A stretch of 64,000 nucleotides of DNA from Spirochaetia bacterium. GTDB taxonomy: Bacteria > Spirochaetota > Spirochaetia > SZUA-6 > Bin103. Both the position numbers and the translations under genes were made by a program. Where the stretch lies: NCBI GenBank assembly GCA_965203905.1, contig CBDBDQ010000005.1:6144001-6208000 (forward strand), written 5' to 3'. Below, piece by piece: positions 27,274-38,122 of this stretch. How positions within the stretch are numbered: the first letter of the stretch is position 1; the number at the start of each line of letters is the position of its first letter. Under the pieces are notes generated by a model. The model was not told the DNA's origin. It was given only the letters and a program-made list of their open reading frames with translations, and did no database searches.

Positions 27274-30231
27274 CTGACCAACGCCGTTCCCCCGTCGCCC
27301 AGCGTTCTGACCCTGGCGTCCCAGGTCCACGGCTTCGACCGCCTGCGGCCGCACCGCCAGGATCACGCCGCGGCCGGCATCGACCGGTTGCGCGACGAGG
27401 CCGCCCGGGAGGGGCGAGACGCACTCGGAGCGGCGCTGGAGACGCCCGCGGGACGGGTCTTCTTCTCGTTCCTCTGCGGCAACAGTCCGCACCTGAGCCT
27501 GCTGCTGCCGCGCGATCTGGAGCTCACCCAGGCACTGGTGGAGGAAGCGCCCGACGCGATCAGCGGCCGTGTGCGCGGCGACCTGGCCGCGGCGGACCCT
27601 GCCATGGACCGCGACCGGCTGATGACCTTCCTGCGCCGCCAGCGCAACCGCGTGGCCGTCCTGGCGGCGGTATACGACTGCTTCGGGATCTGGGGAGTCA
27701 TGGAGTGCGCGGAACTGCTCTCGGACATGGCCGACCACGCCGTGCGCCTGACCGTCGCCCACCTCCTCCTCGACCGCGTCGAGCGCGGTGACCTGGAAGC
27801 GCCGGCCGGAGACCGCTGGGGTTACTTCGTCCTGGCAATGGGCAAGCACGGGTCGCGCGAGCTGAACTACTCCTCCGATATCGACCTGATCGTCCTCTAC
27901 GACCCGGAGTCCGTGCGCTACACCGGCTCCAGGACCCTGGGCGAGTGCTTCGTACGGGTCACCCAGGACCTCATCCGCATCCTCCAGTCGCGCACGGGCG
28001 ACGGTTACGTGTTCCGCACCGACCTGCGGCTGCGGCCCGACCCGTCATCCACCCCGGTCGCCGTCACCGTCGACTTCGCCCTCAACTACTACCGGCGCTT
28101 CGGGCGCACCTGGGAGCGGACGGCACTGATCAAGGCCCGTCCCGTGGCCGGTGACCTGGCGGCCGGCGCGGGGTACCTGGAACGGCTGGCGCCGTTCATC
28201 TGGGACGAGGCGCTGGACTTCACGTCGGTGGAGGAGATCCGGTCGGTGAGCGAGCAGATTCACGACTTCCACGGCCACCGGGCGCTCCGCGCGGCCGGCC
28301 ACAACGTGAAGCTCGGCCGCGGCGGCATCCGCGAGGTCGAGTTCTTCGTGCACATGCATCAGCTCGCCTACGGCGGCCGCAACCGCCGCCTGCGCGGTTC
28401 CCGCCTGCTGGAGATGCTGGAAACGCTGGATCGCGAGCACCACATCATGCCGCGCGAGACGGCCACCCTGCGCGACGCCTACCTGTGGCTGCGGCGCGTG
28501 GAGCACCGCCTGCAGATGGTCAACGACTCCCAGACCCAGAAGCTGCCGGAGTCCGACGACGGCCTTGCCCACATCGGCGGCTTCCTGGGGCTCGACTCGG
28601 CGGAGGAGCTGGTGCGCCGCATCGAGTCCGTCGCCGCGGAGGTCCACGACCTCTACCGCACCCGCTTCAACGTCCCGGAGAGCGAGCATGACCTCGGCGC
28701 CGAGATCCTGGATGGACCGGACCAGCATCCGGACGCCGTCACCAAGCTGGCGGCGGCGGGATTCGCGCGGCCTCCCGCGGCCATCGAGATCTTCAGGGGA
28801 TGGGCGGAAGGGGGGCACGCGTCGACCGCTTCGGAGCGCGCGCGCACCATCATCCGCGAGATCCTCCACGAGATCGTCGACGCGCTCGGCAGGACTCCTG
28901 ACCCCGACCGTGCCCTGGCCCGCCTGGACCGCTTCCTGGCGGCCATGCCGGAGGATCTCTCGTTCTTCTCCATGCTCAGGGCCAACACCTGGCTGCTCAA
29001 CCTCATGGCGGTCGTGATGGGCAGCGCCCCGCGCATGGCCGACGTCCTGCAAGGCCATCCGCGGCTGCTGCAGGCCGTGCTCGATCCCGCGTTCTTCCTG
29101 CCGATCCCGGAGCGGGAGGAGTTGGCCCGTGAGCTCGACGAGCGCCTGGCCGGCCGACGGGACGCCGGGGAGCGGGTCGAGCAGGTGGCCGCCTGGGCCG
29201 GCGACCGCCGCTTCCAGGTGGCGGTGCAGGCCCTGGAAAACCTGATCACGGTGGACGAGGCATCCACGGCCCTGTCGGACATTGCCGGCGCGGTCATCGA
29301 GCTCCTGCTCCGGGACCTGCTGGACGGGATGCGCGAACGGCATGGGCCGGTGCCGGGAGGCGGCTGCGCGGTCGTGGCCCGGGGCAGGCTCGGCGCCGGG
29401 GAGATGATCTTCGACTCGGACCTGGATCTGCTGCTGGTGGCGGACTTCGGGGCCGCGGCGAGGAGCACGGGCCCGGAGCCGATCACGGCGCGGGTCTTCT
29501 ATCGGCAGGCAGCCGCGGAACTGATCTCCCGCCTGCGCAGTCCGTCGACCTACGGCCGGATCTACGAGTTGGACGAACGCATGCGGCCGTCAGGAGAGAT
29601 CGAACCTTCCGTGAGCACGCTCGACGAGTTCAGGGATCATCACGCCGGCCGGGCGTCGACCCCGGAATTGATGGCGCTGACGCGGGCCGGCGTGGTGTGC
29701 GGCGACCCGGACACGGCTGCGGCGGTGACCGCTGCGATCGAGGGAGCGCTGGCCCGCCCGCATGACCCCGGCCGATTGCTGGAAGACGTGGCGCGCCGCC
29801 GCGAGGCGATCGCGGCCGAGCACCCCGCCGACGATCCGTTCGATGTGCAGCACGTGCGCGGGGGGCTGGTGGACCTGGAGTCGCTGGCCCAGTACCTGCG
29901 GCTGCGGCACGCGCACGGGTCGCCGCAGGTGCTGGTGGGAGCGACGGCGGCCTGCTTCGAGGCGCTGGGCGGCGCCGGCCTGATCCCGGAGCAGGAGGCG
30001 CACATCCTCGCCGGCGCCGTGCGCATGCAGCGCATGCTCCAGGCGCTGCTGCGCCTGACCTGGAGCCGGGATCTTCCGGTGCGCGACGCCCCGGCACCGC
30101 TGCGGCTGAAGCTGGCGACCGCGCTGGAATGCGCCGGATTCGACGAGCTGGAGGCGAAGCTGCGCGCGACCCAGGCGGCAGCGTATGCGGTCTATCGGCG
30201 CCGCATCGGGCCGAAGGCGCACCCGTCCTGA
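27274..30231 (+). CDS. glnE: Glutamine synthetase adenylyltransferase/adenylyl-removing enzyme (start uncertain, possibly CTG 27274)
   Basis: [52 protein letters not shown]; second NT domain GRLG...SDLDL. Confidence 0.9.
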   Translation: MTNAVPPSPSVLTLASQVHGFDRLRPHRQDHAAAGIDRLRDEAAREGRDALGAALETPAGRVFFSFLCGNSPHLSLLLPRDLELTQALVEEAPDAISGRVRGDLAAADPAMDRDRLMTFLRRQRNRVAVLAAVYDCFGIWGVMECAELLSDMADHAVRLTVAHLLLDRVERGDLEAPAGDRWGYFVLAMGKHGSRELNYSSDIDLIVLYDPESVRYTGSRTLGECFVRVTQDLIRILQSRTGDGYVFRTDLRLRPDPSSTPVAVTVDFALNYYRRFGRTWERTALIKARPVAGDLAAGAGYLERLAPFIWDEALDFTSVEEIRSVSEQIHDFHGHRALRAAGHNVKLGRGGIREVEFFVHMHQLAYGGRNRRLRGSRLLEMLETLDREHHIMPRETATLRDAYLWLRRVEHRLQMVNDSQTQKLPESDDGLAHIGGFLGLDSAEELVRRIESVAAEVHDLYRTRFNVPESEHDLGAEILDGPDQHPDAVTKLAAAGFARPPAAIEIFRGWAEGGHASTASERARTIIREILHEIVDALGRTPDPDRALARLDRFLAAMPEDLSFFSMLRANTWLLNLMAVVMGSAPRMADVLQGHPRLLQAVLDPAFFLPIPEREELARELDERLAGRRDAGERVEQVAAWAGDRRFQVAVQALENLITVDEASTALSDIAGAVIELLLRDLLDGMRERHGPVPGGGCAVVARGRLGAGEMIFDSDLDLLLVADFGAAARSTGPEPITARVFYRQAAAELISRLRSPSTYGRIYELDERMRPSGEIEPSVSTLDEFRDHHAGRASTPELMALTRAGVVCGDPDTAAAVTAAIEGALARPHDPGRLLEDVARRREAIAAEHPADDPFDVQHVRGGLVDLESLAQYLRLRHAHGSPQVLVGATAACFEALGGAGLIPEQEAHILAGAVRMQRMLQALLRLTWSRDLPVRDAPAPLRLKLATALECAGFDELEAKLRATQAAAYAVYRRRIGPKAHPS

Positions 30232-31091
30232 TGAAACTCACCGTCTTCGGCGGGTCCGGCCGCATCGGACGCCACGTGGTGGCGGAGCTGATCGCCCACG
30301 GACACAGCGTGATCAACGCCGACCGGCAGCCGCCGCCGCATGTCACCTGGCTCTACGACCAGGCCGGCGCGGAGCTCTACGTGCACACCGATCTGACCCG
30401 ACTGGGAGACGTGACCTCGGTGCTGCGCGAGGCCGACGCCGCGCTCCAGCTCGCGGCGATTCCCAACCCCACCGGCCACGTGCCGGGGCACGTGTTCCAC
30501 ACCAACATGGTGACCGACTTCAACGTGCTGGAGGCCGCCGACCTGCTCGGCGTCCCCAAGCTGGTCATGTCCTCCTCCATCAACGCCCTCGGCGCCTCCT
30601 TCAACCGCGGCCTGGTGGCGCCGCGCTACTTTCCGGTGGACGAGGAACACGAGACCCGCTGCGAGGAGGTCTACTCCACCACCAAGTGGCTGGGCGAGGA
30701 ACTGGCCGCATCCTACGCCCGCCGCCGGGAGGTGCAGATCGCCAGCCTGCGTTTCACCTGGGTGATGGACCAGGCAGTGCGCGCCCAGGCACAGGCGAAC
30801 CGCGACCCCCAGGCGCAGCAGGAACGCCGGGCCAAGGGCTTCTGGTCATGGGTGGACGTGCGCGACGTGGCCAGCGCCTGCCGCTGCGCGGTGGAGGCCG
30901 ACTGGCGCGGCCACGAGCGCTTCTGGATCAACGCCGCCGACACCTTCCTCGACCTCCCCACGGTGGAGGCGCTGGAGAAGTGGTATCCCGGCGTGCCCCT
31001 GAGCGTCCCGCTGCCGGGACATGCCGCCGCCCTGAGCATCGCCAAGGCGCGCCGCCTGCTGGGCTGGGAGCCGGCCCACTCCTGGCACTGA
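30231..31091 (+). CDS. NAD-dependent epimerase/dehydratase
   Basis: GGSGRIG, YSTTK, DVRDVA, KARRLLGWEP. Confidence 0.9.
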   Translation: MKLTVFGGSGRIGRHVVAELIAHGHSVINADRQPPPHVTWLYDQAGAELYVHTDLTRLGDVTSVLREADAALQLAAIPNPTGHVPGHVFHTNMVTDFNVLEAADLLGVPKLVMSSSINALGASFNRGLVAPRYFPVDEEHETRCEEVYSTTKWLGEELAASYARRREVQIASLRFTWVMDQAVRAQAQANRDPQAQQERRAKGFWSWVDVRDVASACRCAVEADWRGHERFWINAADTFLDLPTVEALEKWYPGVPLSVPLPGHAAALSIAKARRLLGWEPAHSWH

Positions 31092-31133
31092 GAACCGCGG
31101 CCGCGAGCCACGTGGCTGCGCCGTGGCGCCGTG

Positions 31134-31898
31134 CTAACCGGCTCGGCCCGCGTTGGCCATGAACTGGGCGGCGCCCGCCTGCAGCCAGCCCTTCACCCCG
31201 GTGAGGGCGAAGCGCACGCCCAGGTCGACGTAGCCGCCGACGTCGTCGTTGGTGGTCAGGGTACCGGCGATGCGTCCCGCCGCCACGATGCGGCGGATCG
31301 AGTCTTCGATCTTTTCCTTCACGTCGGGGTGCGCGAGATCGCCGATATGGCCCATGGAGGCCGCGTAGTCGGCCGGCGCCACGAAGAACACGTCGATCTC
31401 CTCCACCTCCAGGATCCGGTCCAGGTTGGCGTGGGCGGCGATGTCCTCGATCAGCACGATGAGACAGGTCTCGTCGTTGCCGCGGTGGACGTAGCCGTCC
31501 ACCCCGTAGTACTGGCGGCTGGTGTACATGCCGCGCTGCCCCAGTGGCGCGAACTTGCCGCCGGCCACCACGTTCTCGGCCTCGGCGCGGGTGTTTACGT
31601 GCGGCACCACCACCGCCTGCGCGCCGCGGTCCAGGGTGCGGTAGATCAGCCCCTGGTGGTTGTCGTTGACACGCACCACCGACGTGATCCCCCAGATGTC
31701 GCAGGCACGGGTGAGGTTGCCGAGCTCGGAGGCGTCCACGGCGCCGTGCTCGCCCTCCAGCCACACGCCGTCCACGCCGGTGGCCTCGGCGATCGGGCCG
31801 AAGGCGTCGATGTCGTCGGGATGGGTGATGCCGCTGACCACGGTGGCTACCTGCCCCGCGGCCAGCGTCTGCTTGATGCGGTTCTTGCGGAGTTCCAT
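31134..31898 (-). CDS. HpcH/HpaI-family aldolase
   Basis: WLEGEHG, LDRGAQAVVVPHV, P.GQRG, VAPADYAASMG. Confidence 0.9.
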   Translation of the reverse strand: MELRKNRIKQTLAAGQVATVVSGITHPDDIDAFGPIAEATGVDGVWLEGEHGAVDASELGNLTRACDIWGITSVVRVNDNHQGLIYRTLDRGAQAVVVPHVNTRAEAENVVAGGKFAPLGQRGMYTSRQYYGVDGYVHRGNDETCLIVLIEDIAAHANLDRILEVEEIDVFFVAPADYAASMGHIGDLAHPDVKEKIEDSIRRIVAAGRIAGTLTTNDDVGGYVDLGVRFALTGVKGWLQAGAAQFMANAGRAG

Positions 31899-31996
31899 CG
31901 GCTCCGACGGTACTCCGTGCCGTGGTTCAGGTAAAGGGCTTGCCGGCGCCGCCGGCATCACCCGCGGCGCCGCAGCGGCCGGCCGCGCCCGCCGAC

Positions 31997-34387
31997 TTAT
32001 GAGCCCCCGCCCGCCAGCACGCGCCGCGGCAGAGAACCGCCGGCGGCCGGGGCCGAACGGGAGGCGCCGCTGCGCACCCGGAACCGGGCCGTGTAGTAGC
32101 TGCCCAGCACGAAGGCAACCGCCGCCAGCTGGCCGATGCAGGTCTGCCAGGTGGGGTAGATCCCGAACCAGTTCCCCAGCCAGTAGGGCATTGCCAGGCC
32201 GACGATCGGCGTCACCGGCACCCAGAGCACCGCCTGCATCACGTGCACGGTACTCCCCACCAGGGTGATCAGCACGGTTCCGATCAGGACCCCGGTAACC
32301 ACCAGCATCTTCTTGTGCGGCAGCTTCTTCTCCAGGTGCAGGGTGAGCACACCCACGGCGGCCACCGCGGCACCGCCGAGCAGCACGCCCGCCAGCACCG
32401 TGTCGGCGCCGGCGCGCAGGAACAGGGCTTGCAGGAACAGCGCCGTCTCGAATCCCTCCCGGTACACGCTGACGAAGCCCAGCAGGGCGAAGCCGATCGC
32501 CTGGCCGGCGACGCCAGCCAGCAGGGTCCGCTTGTGACCGTGGAACCGGGCGATCCAGCCGCTCCAGTACACCTTGTGAAAGAACCAGTTGGTGATCAGC
32601 AGCAGCACGGCGATGGCCACCAGGGACACGATCGCCTCCAGCCGCTCCCCCAGCATCCGGAAGCTGTGCACCAGCAGGCGCGCGGCCACGCCGGTGGCCG
32701 CGGAGGCGACCAGCGCCGCCGCCGCCCCCAGGTACAGCGGCCGGCGGAACACGGCGGCCGCCCCCACCAGGCTGGCGACCAGTGCCGCGAGGATCACCAC
32801 CGCCTCCAGCCCCTCGCGGAACACGATCAGCGCGGCGTTTACCGCCACCGCGACCGGGGCGGCGTCGCGTGACAGCACCCCCTGCGCCTGCAGCAGGGCG
32901 CTGCGCAGCTCGCCGGCCGCCGCCAGGTACCGGGGAAACGGCGCCTGCGCCGCGATGACGGTCGCCAGTCCCGCGCTGCGCTGCGCACCGGACCAGAACA
33001 GGCCGTCGATGCGCGCCGCCAGCGGCGGATCCAGCGCCAGCAGGGACAGCTCCGGACCGGCGTCGAACAGCCCGTAAGCCTGGATCCGGGTGCGCTCGGC
33101 CACCTCCCATTCGGCGTTGCGCACCGCGCCGTCCACGTTGTCGAGGAGCTGTCCGATGACCGTGAACACCGAGTCGCCGTCGATGGTCCCCGAGGTGCCC
33201 AGGGTGGCGGCCACGATCGCCTGGCCCGCAGCGCTGAGCTCGCGTACCCGCGGCACCGGGCCCAGGTGGGTCACGTGGTCGCTGAGCTCCTCCAGCAGCC
33301 GTTCCAGTTGCTCGGCCTTGGCGGCGTCCACCGCGGCAATGCGAGGCGCGAGCTCGGACGCGCCCAGCACCGCCTGCTCCAGGAACACCACCGCTTCCTG
33401 GTACTCGGCGGCAATGGTGATACGGCCGTCGCGCACCCCGTCGCGGTACTCGATGGCCGCCAGGTCGAGGAACAACTGCAGCAGGCTCGCGCGCCGCGCC
33501 AGTTCCGCGGCCGGGAGCTCGACCGCCTGGTAGCCCTTCCACAGCCGCAGCACCTCGGAGGCGCCGTTCCGCACGCCGCCGAAATCGGCCGCCAGCGCCG
33601 CTGCGGTGAGGTCCTCCACGGCCGCGCCCAGCTCGGCGCGCGTGGTACTGCCCAACTTGGCGCGGTAATCGTCCCCCAGGATCATCAGGTAGGAGGAGAT
33701 CAGACCGGCGCTCTCGGCGGCGCGGGAGACCAGGCTGCGCTCCGCCGCCTGCAGTGCGCGCGTGGCCGCATAGTGGAGGCGTGCATGGTAGGTGTCGTCC
33801 AGGTCGTCGCGGACGATAGCCGTGGCCGCCTCCGGCGCCAGCTCGCCGCCCGCCATGCGCCGCACCGCCTGTGCCGCCGCCGAGTGCACCATTGTCACGC
33901 GCGTGGACTGCCGGTACTCGCGCAAGGCCAACCATTCCTCGGCCTCCGCGGCGGCGCCGGCCTCGGTCGCCCTGACCGCCCCCGCGTGAGCGCCGGCCGC
34001 CAGGGATCCGAGCACCCGCCCGCGGGCCAGCGCACGGCGCGCCGGCTCAGGGCCGTCGAGCAGAGTCAGGGCGTGCAACTCACCGGCGATCACGCGGTCG
34101 GCCTCAGGTGCTACGGCGGCGAGCGCGCCGCTTATCGGCTGATAGCCGGTGACGGCTCCCGCCGCGTGCTCAGCCGCCGTCACCGTGTCTCCACGCTCCG
34201 CCGCGGCCAGCATCGCCAGCAACTCGCCGCGCAGGCTGCCCGCAACCTGCCACAGCACCGTGGACTCAGTGGCCTCCGTGCCGCCAGCGGGCGTCCGGCG
34301 GTCGGCCTCCGCGTACGCCATGCAGACAACGACTACGCCCGCGGTGACCGCGAGTATCGTGTGACGCAACCAACCGTTAATGACCAT
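31997..34387 (-). CDS. FTR1-family iron permease with a large N-terminal extracytoplasmic domain
   Basis: REGLE and REGFE motifs in the C-terminal TM domain; N-terminal signal peptide; exact start uncertain. Confidence 0.88.
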   Translation of the reverse strand: MVINGWLRHTILAVTAGVVVVCMAYAEADRRTPAGGTEATESTVLWQVAGSLRGELLAMLAAAERGDTVTAAEHAAGAVTGYQPISGALAAVAPEADRVIAGELHALTLLDGPEPARRALARGRVLGSLAAGAHAGAVRATEAGAAAEAEEWLALREYRQSTRVTMVHSAAAQAVRRMAGGELAPEAATAIVRDDLDDTYHARLHYAATRALQAAERSLVSRAAESAGLISSYLMILGDDYRAKLGSTTRAELGAAVEDLTAAALAADFGGVRNGASEVLRLWKGYQAVELPAAELARRASLLQLFLDLAAIEYRDGVRDGRITIAAEYQEAVVFLEQAVLGASELAPRIAAVDAAKAEQLERLLEELSDHVTHLGPVPRVRELSAAGQAIVAATLGTSGTIDGDSVFTVIGQLLDNVDGAVRNAEWEVAERTRIQAYGLFDAGPELSLLALDPPLAARIDGLFWSGAQRSAGLATVIAAQAPFPRYLAAAGELRSALLQAQGVLSRDAAPVAVAVNAALIVFREGLEAVVILAALVASLVGAAAVFRRPLYLGAAAALVASAATGVAARLLVHSFRMLGERLEAIVSLVAIAVLLLITNWFFHKVYWSGWIARFHGHKRTLLAGVAGQAIGFALLGFVSVYREGFETALFLQALFLRAGADTVLAGVLLGGAAVAAVGVLTLHLEKKLPHKKMLVVTGVLIGTVLITLVGSTVHVMQAVLWVPVTPIVGLAMPYWLGNWFGIYPTWQTCIGQLAAVAFVLGSYYTARFRVRSGASRSAPAAGGSLPRRVLAGGGS

Positions 34388-34510
34388 TAAAGCGCTTAAG
34401 CAATAAGAACACACTTGCTGCCGGAATACAACCCTGCAGCAAAAGAAAGTGCTTGACATAGCCATTTATAACTTTAATAATCCTTAATGTTATCTATTTA
34501 ACTTTCCTTA
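34377..34510. promoter_or_regulatory. AT-rich divergent promoter region with candidate metal-repressor boxes
   Basis: TTGACA(34453)-17 nt-AATAAT; palindrome TTAATG-AC-CATTAA at 34377-34390; related TTAATAATCCTTAA over the -10. Confidence 0.6.
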
Positions 34511-34519
34511 ACAGGAGGT

Positions 34520-35644
34520 ATGGACGAGATCATGTTCATACGAATCAGCCCCCATCGACCACGACGCCCCGCTCTGGCGCGCGGCGTGGCACCGCTGGCA
34601 GTCTTGCTCGTGCTGGCCGCAGCCCAGGTGTTGAGCGCCTCTCCGGCGGGCGAGCAGACCGACGCCAACCTGCTCCCGATCAAGGAGTACACGCTCGCCA
34701 ACGCCGGTGACATGCAGGCCGCCACCGCCGTCCTGCGCGCGTTGGCCGCCGACTACCGGGAGTTGCTGGCCGCCCACGACTTCGACTACGCGGCCGCCTG
34801 GAAGGCGCGGCCCAAAGACCTGCAACTGTTGCTGGCTGCCGGGCGCGACGCCTGGGTGGACGCCAGCACGGCCTACGAGCTGAGCGAAGGGATCATCGCC
34901 GGAGTCCCGTCCCTCGCCTACTACGACGTGTGGATCGACGCCGGGCCATCCGGCGCCGAGGATCCGGCCGAGGCCCTGGACTGGACGCTCACGGTGGGCG
35001 AGGATCGGGTGATGGAGAGCCCCGGCAATCTGTTCCACCACCTCACCGAACCGGTGTTGTGGGGCACCAAGGCGGAGTGGAGCGGAGCCCGCGTCGACAT
35101 GGACGGTGACGGGAAGTTCGGCGCCGTCGGCGACGCACTGCCGGAAGTGGACATGTTCGTGGCGGTTGCAGGCGCCATCGACGACGCCGCGGCCGAGATG
35201 AACGCGGCGGTGGACGGCTGGGACCCCAACCTGAGCGACGTGTTCACCGCGCTGGTGGTGATGGTGCCGACCATGAACGAGTACTTCGGACAGTGGAAGG
35301 ACTCACGTTACGTGGCCGGCGCCGCCTCGGAGGAGGCCAGCTTCATCGCCGTGAGCCGCCTGTTCGACATCAACGGCATCCTCACCGGGCTCGACGTGGC
35401 TTACCAGCATGTCACCTCGCTGGTGGCGGAGCGCGATGCGTCCCTCGATGCCCGGATTCGAGCCGGATTCGAGCAGTTGCTGGCGTACGTAGGCGATCTC
35501 TACGAGCAGGAGCGTGCCGGGCGCCAGTTCACGGCGGTGGAGGCCGACCTGTTCGGCACCGAGGCGCAAGAGCTGGCAACCACCCTGGCAGCGCTGCTGG
35601 CGCGCGCCGCAGAGCTGCTCGAGATCACCCTGGACCTGGCGTAG
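34520..35644 (+). CDS. Imelysin/EfeO(EfeM)-like secreted iron-uptake protein
   Basis: AGGAGG SD, signal peptide, YELSEGI, GNLFHHLTEPVLW (HxxE-like); divergent from FTR1. Confidence 0.75.
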   Translation: MDEIMFIRISPHRPRRPALARGVAPLAVLLVLAAAQVLSASPAGEQTDANLLPIKEYTLANAGDMQAATAVLRALAADYRELLAAHDFDYAAAWKARPKDLQLLLAAGRDAWVDASTAYELSEGIIAGVPSLAYYDVWIDAGPSGAEDPAEALDWTLTVGEDRVMESPGNLFHHLTEPVLWGTKAEWSGARVDMDGDGKFGAVGDALPEVDMFVAVAGAIDDAAAEMNAAVDGWDPNLSDVFTALVVMVPTMNEYFGQWKDSRYVAGAASEEASFIAVSRLFDINGILTGLDVAYQHVTSLVAERDASLDARIRAGFEQLLAYVGDLYEQERAGRQFTAVEADLFGTEAQELATTLAALLARAAELLEITLDLA

Positions 35645-35646
35645 AT

Positions 35647-35850
35647 ATGGCGAACACGGAAACAGCCGAGACGCCGCAGGACTGTCGCTGCACCAAGAGC
35701 GGTGCCGAGATGCTGGCGTGTGCGTGCCGGAGTCCCGAACGCGGGGAGGCTGGAGAGCGCCTCGCCGAGCCGGAAGCCGCTCCCCGCGAAACGGCCGCGC
35801 ACCAGAGCCGTGCCGCGCACAGCCCGACGCCTGCTGACATGGGGCGCTAA
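35647..35850 (+). CDS. Small Cys-containing hypothetical protein (67 aa)
   Basis: ATG 2 nt after the upstream stop; CRC and CAC motifs. Confidence 0.35.
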   Translation: MANTETAETPQDCRCTKSGAEMLACACRSPERGEAGERLAEPEAAPRETAAHQSRAAHSPTPADMGR

Positions 35851-35970
35851 CTCGGATCCAACCGGCGGCGACCGGTACGCCTGGTGGGGGCGGCGCACCC
35901 TCATCCGGGCACCGGTCCGCCACCCGTTGCCCGGGCCGGCACGCCAACGGTCCGTGCTATGGTTCCGGCG

Positions 35971-36798
35971 ATGGACCCACGGTTGGCGACCAACCGCCGG
36001 AACTGGAACCAGCGCGTGCCGGTGCATGCGGCCTCTACCTTCTACGACCTGGCCGGCTTCAAGGCCGGCCGGATCTCGCTCAACGAGATCGAACGCCGGG
36101 AAGTGGGCCCCGTCGCCGGCAAGAGCCTGCTCCACCTGCAGTGCCACTTCGGGATGGACACGATGTCGTGGAGCCGGCTCGGGGCGCGTGCCACCGGCGC
36201 CGATTTCTCCACCGCCGCGATCGACCTGGCGCGCGAGCTGAGCGCGGAGCTGGAGCTGGACACCCGCTTCATCTGCAGCGACGTGTACGAGCTGCCGCGG
36301 GTGCTCGACGAGCGGTTCGACATCGTCTACACCGCCTCGGGGGTGCTGGTATGGCTGCCCGACCTCGGCGCCTGGGCCGACGTCGTCGCCCGCTTCGTGA
36401 AACCCGGCGGCACCTTCTACCTGCTGGAGGGGCATCCCCTGTGCCACATCTTCGCCGACGACGCTGACCTGGACGGCTCCGAGCTGCGCGTCCGCAACCC
36501 CTACTTTGCCGATCCCGCGGGCACCTTCTACGGCGGCGACGGCTACAGCTACGCGGGCGACGAGACGATCCCCTCCCCCAGCTACGAGTGGCACCACAGC
36601 ATGGCGGAGATCGTGAACGCCTTGCTGGCCGCCGGGCTGCGTCTCGAGTTCCTGCACGAGTTCCCCTTCAGCAACTACCGCGCGCTGCCGGGAATGACGC
36701 GGGACGATGACGGCTGGTGGCGGCTGCGGGAGCACAACGACTCGATACCGCAGATGTTCTCGCTGCGGGCAACCAGGGAACGGCGCGCGGATGGCTGA
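35971..36798 (+). CDS. Class I SAM-dependent methyltransferase
   Basis: LLHLQCHFG.DT, FDIVYT, KPGGTFYL.EGHP. Confidence 0.9.
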   Translation: MDPRLATNRRNWNQRVPVHAASTFYDLAGFKAGRISLNEIERREVGPVAGKSLLHLQCHFGMDTMSWSRLGARATGADFSTAAIDLARELSAELELDTRFICSDVYELPRVLDERFDIVYTASGVLVWLPDLGAWADVVARFVKPGGTFYLLEGHPLCHIFADDADLDGSELRVRNPYFADPAGTFYGGDGYSYAGDETIPSPSYEWHHSMAEIVNALLAAGLRLEFLHEFPFSNYRALPGMTRDDDGWWRLREHNDSIPQMFSLRATRERRADG

Positions 36799-36834
36799 CC
36801 ACGCGCCCGCGTGGCGCGTCCGGCCGGCGCCGGG

Positions 36835-38013
36835 TCAGCGGAAGTCGTAGGCCGCGGTGGTGTTGGCGGTGATGAACTCCCAGTCGTAGGTCACGCCGAG
36901 TCCCGCTCCGTCGGGCACCGGCACGCAGCCGTCGGCGCCGACCGCCTGCGGCTGGTCGCTGTAGCCGCAGGTGTAGACCGGCGGCACCATGTTGGCCATG
37001 CCCGGGGCCATCAGTGCGAGCTCGTAGAGATGCGTATTGCGCAGCGCCGACCCCACCGCGCGGTGCGCCGGGCCGCAGGCATGCACCTGGAGGTCGAGTC
37101 CGAACGCCTCGCTGAGATGAGCGATCTTCATCACACCGGTGATGCCCAGGTCGTACTCCGGGTCGGCATGGATCATGTCGCAGCCGCCGCCGAGCAGGAA
37201 CGCGGCCTTCTGCTCCAGCGTGCGCACGTGCTCGGTGATCAGCAGCGGCGTGTCCAGCCGCTCGCGTAGCCGGCGGTGGCCCTCCAGCGCGATGCTGGCG
37301 TCACGATAGGGATCCTCGTACCAGAAGCACCCTATCTCGTCGCACACGCGGCCCACCGCCAGGGCGTCGTTCCAGGTGCGCAACTGGCAGGCGGGATCCA
37401 GCATGATGCGCCAGTCGTCGTCCACGCGCGCGCGCACTCCCCTCAGGTTGGCGATCTCGCGCGCCACGTCGCCGTCGTTCCAGCCGTGGATCTTGAACCC
37501 GTGAAAGCCCGCGGCCTGGCACTCGGCGGCGAAATCCGCGAACGCTTGCGGCGTATCCAGGCCGCCAGGGGCCTCCTGGCCGTGGTAGGTGCTGGCGTAG
37601 GTCGGCAACCGGCTCTTGAAGCCGCCCAGCAGCCGCGACACCGAGGTTCCCAGCCGCTTGCCGGCCAGGTCCCACAGCGCGATGTCCAGGACCCCGTGGC
37701 CCATGTGGTCGTAGGCCCGGATCTCGCGCTTGAGGTCGTCGTAGATCAGCTCCCGGCTGTCCGGGTCGCGGCCCAGCAGCAGCGGCGCCAGCATCGCCGC
37801 CTGGGCCAGCGACGCCGGCGTTCCGACCCAGTGGGTGACGTACTCGCCGGCGGCGCCGTCGTCGCACCGGATGCGCACGGCGAAGCGCCGCGAGGTGAAC
37901 GTGCTGCCCTTGACGAACGCCATGTTGCCGATGCCGGCGGCGGCCTGCTCCAGGCCGATATCCGGCGTGTCGAACGAGAATTCCCTGATCTCTACGCGGT
38001 CGATGAGACTCAT
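36835..38013 (-). CDS. Mandelate racemase/muconate-lactonising (enolase superfamily) enzyme
   Basis: DIALWDLAGK, LLGG, FKIH, MLD, WYEDP, PGLG-like GAGLGV. Confidence 0.9.
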   Translation of the reverse strand: MSLIDRVEIREFSFDTPDIGLEQAAAGIGNMAFVKGSTFTSRRFAVRIRCDDGAAGEYVTHWVGTPASLAQAAMLAPLLLGRDPDSRELIYDDLKREIRAYDHMGHGVLDIALWDLAGKRLGTSVSRLLGGFKSRLPTYASTYHGQEAPGGLDTPQAFADFAAECQAAGFHGFKIHGWNDGDVAREIANLRGVRARVDDDWRIMLDPACQLRTWNDALAVGRVCDEIGCFWYEDPYRDASIALEGHRRLRERLDTPLLITEHVRTLEQKAAFLLGGGCDMIHADPEYDLGITGVMKIAHLSEAFGLDLQVHACGPAHRAVGSALRNTHLYELALMAPGMANMVPPVYTCGYSDQPQAVGADGCVPVPDGAGLGVTYDWEFITANTTAAYDFR

Positions 38014-38122
38014 GATCCTGAGCCGGAGCATGCACCGCGGCTCGGCGTCGAGTAAAGGAGATGCAGACGGCGACGCCAGCCGGGTGCTTTCTTGACCCGG
38101 AAACAGTAAGCTTTGCCACGCC

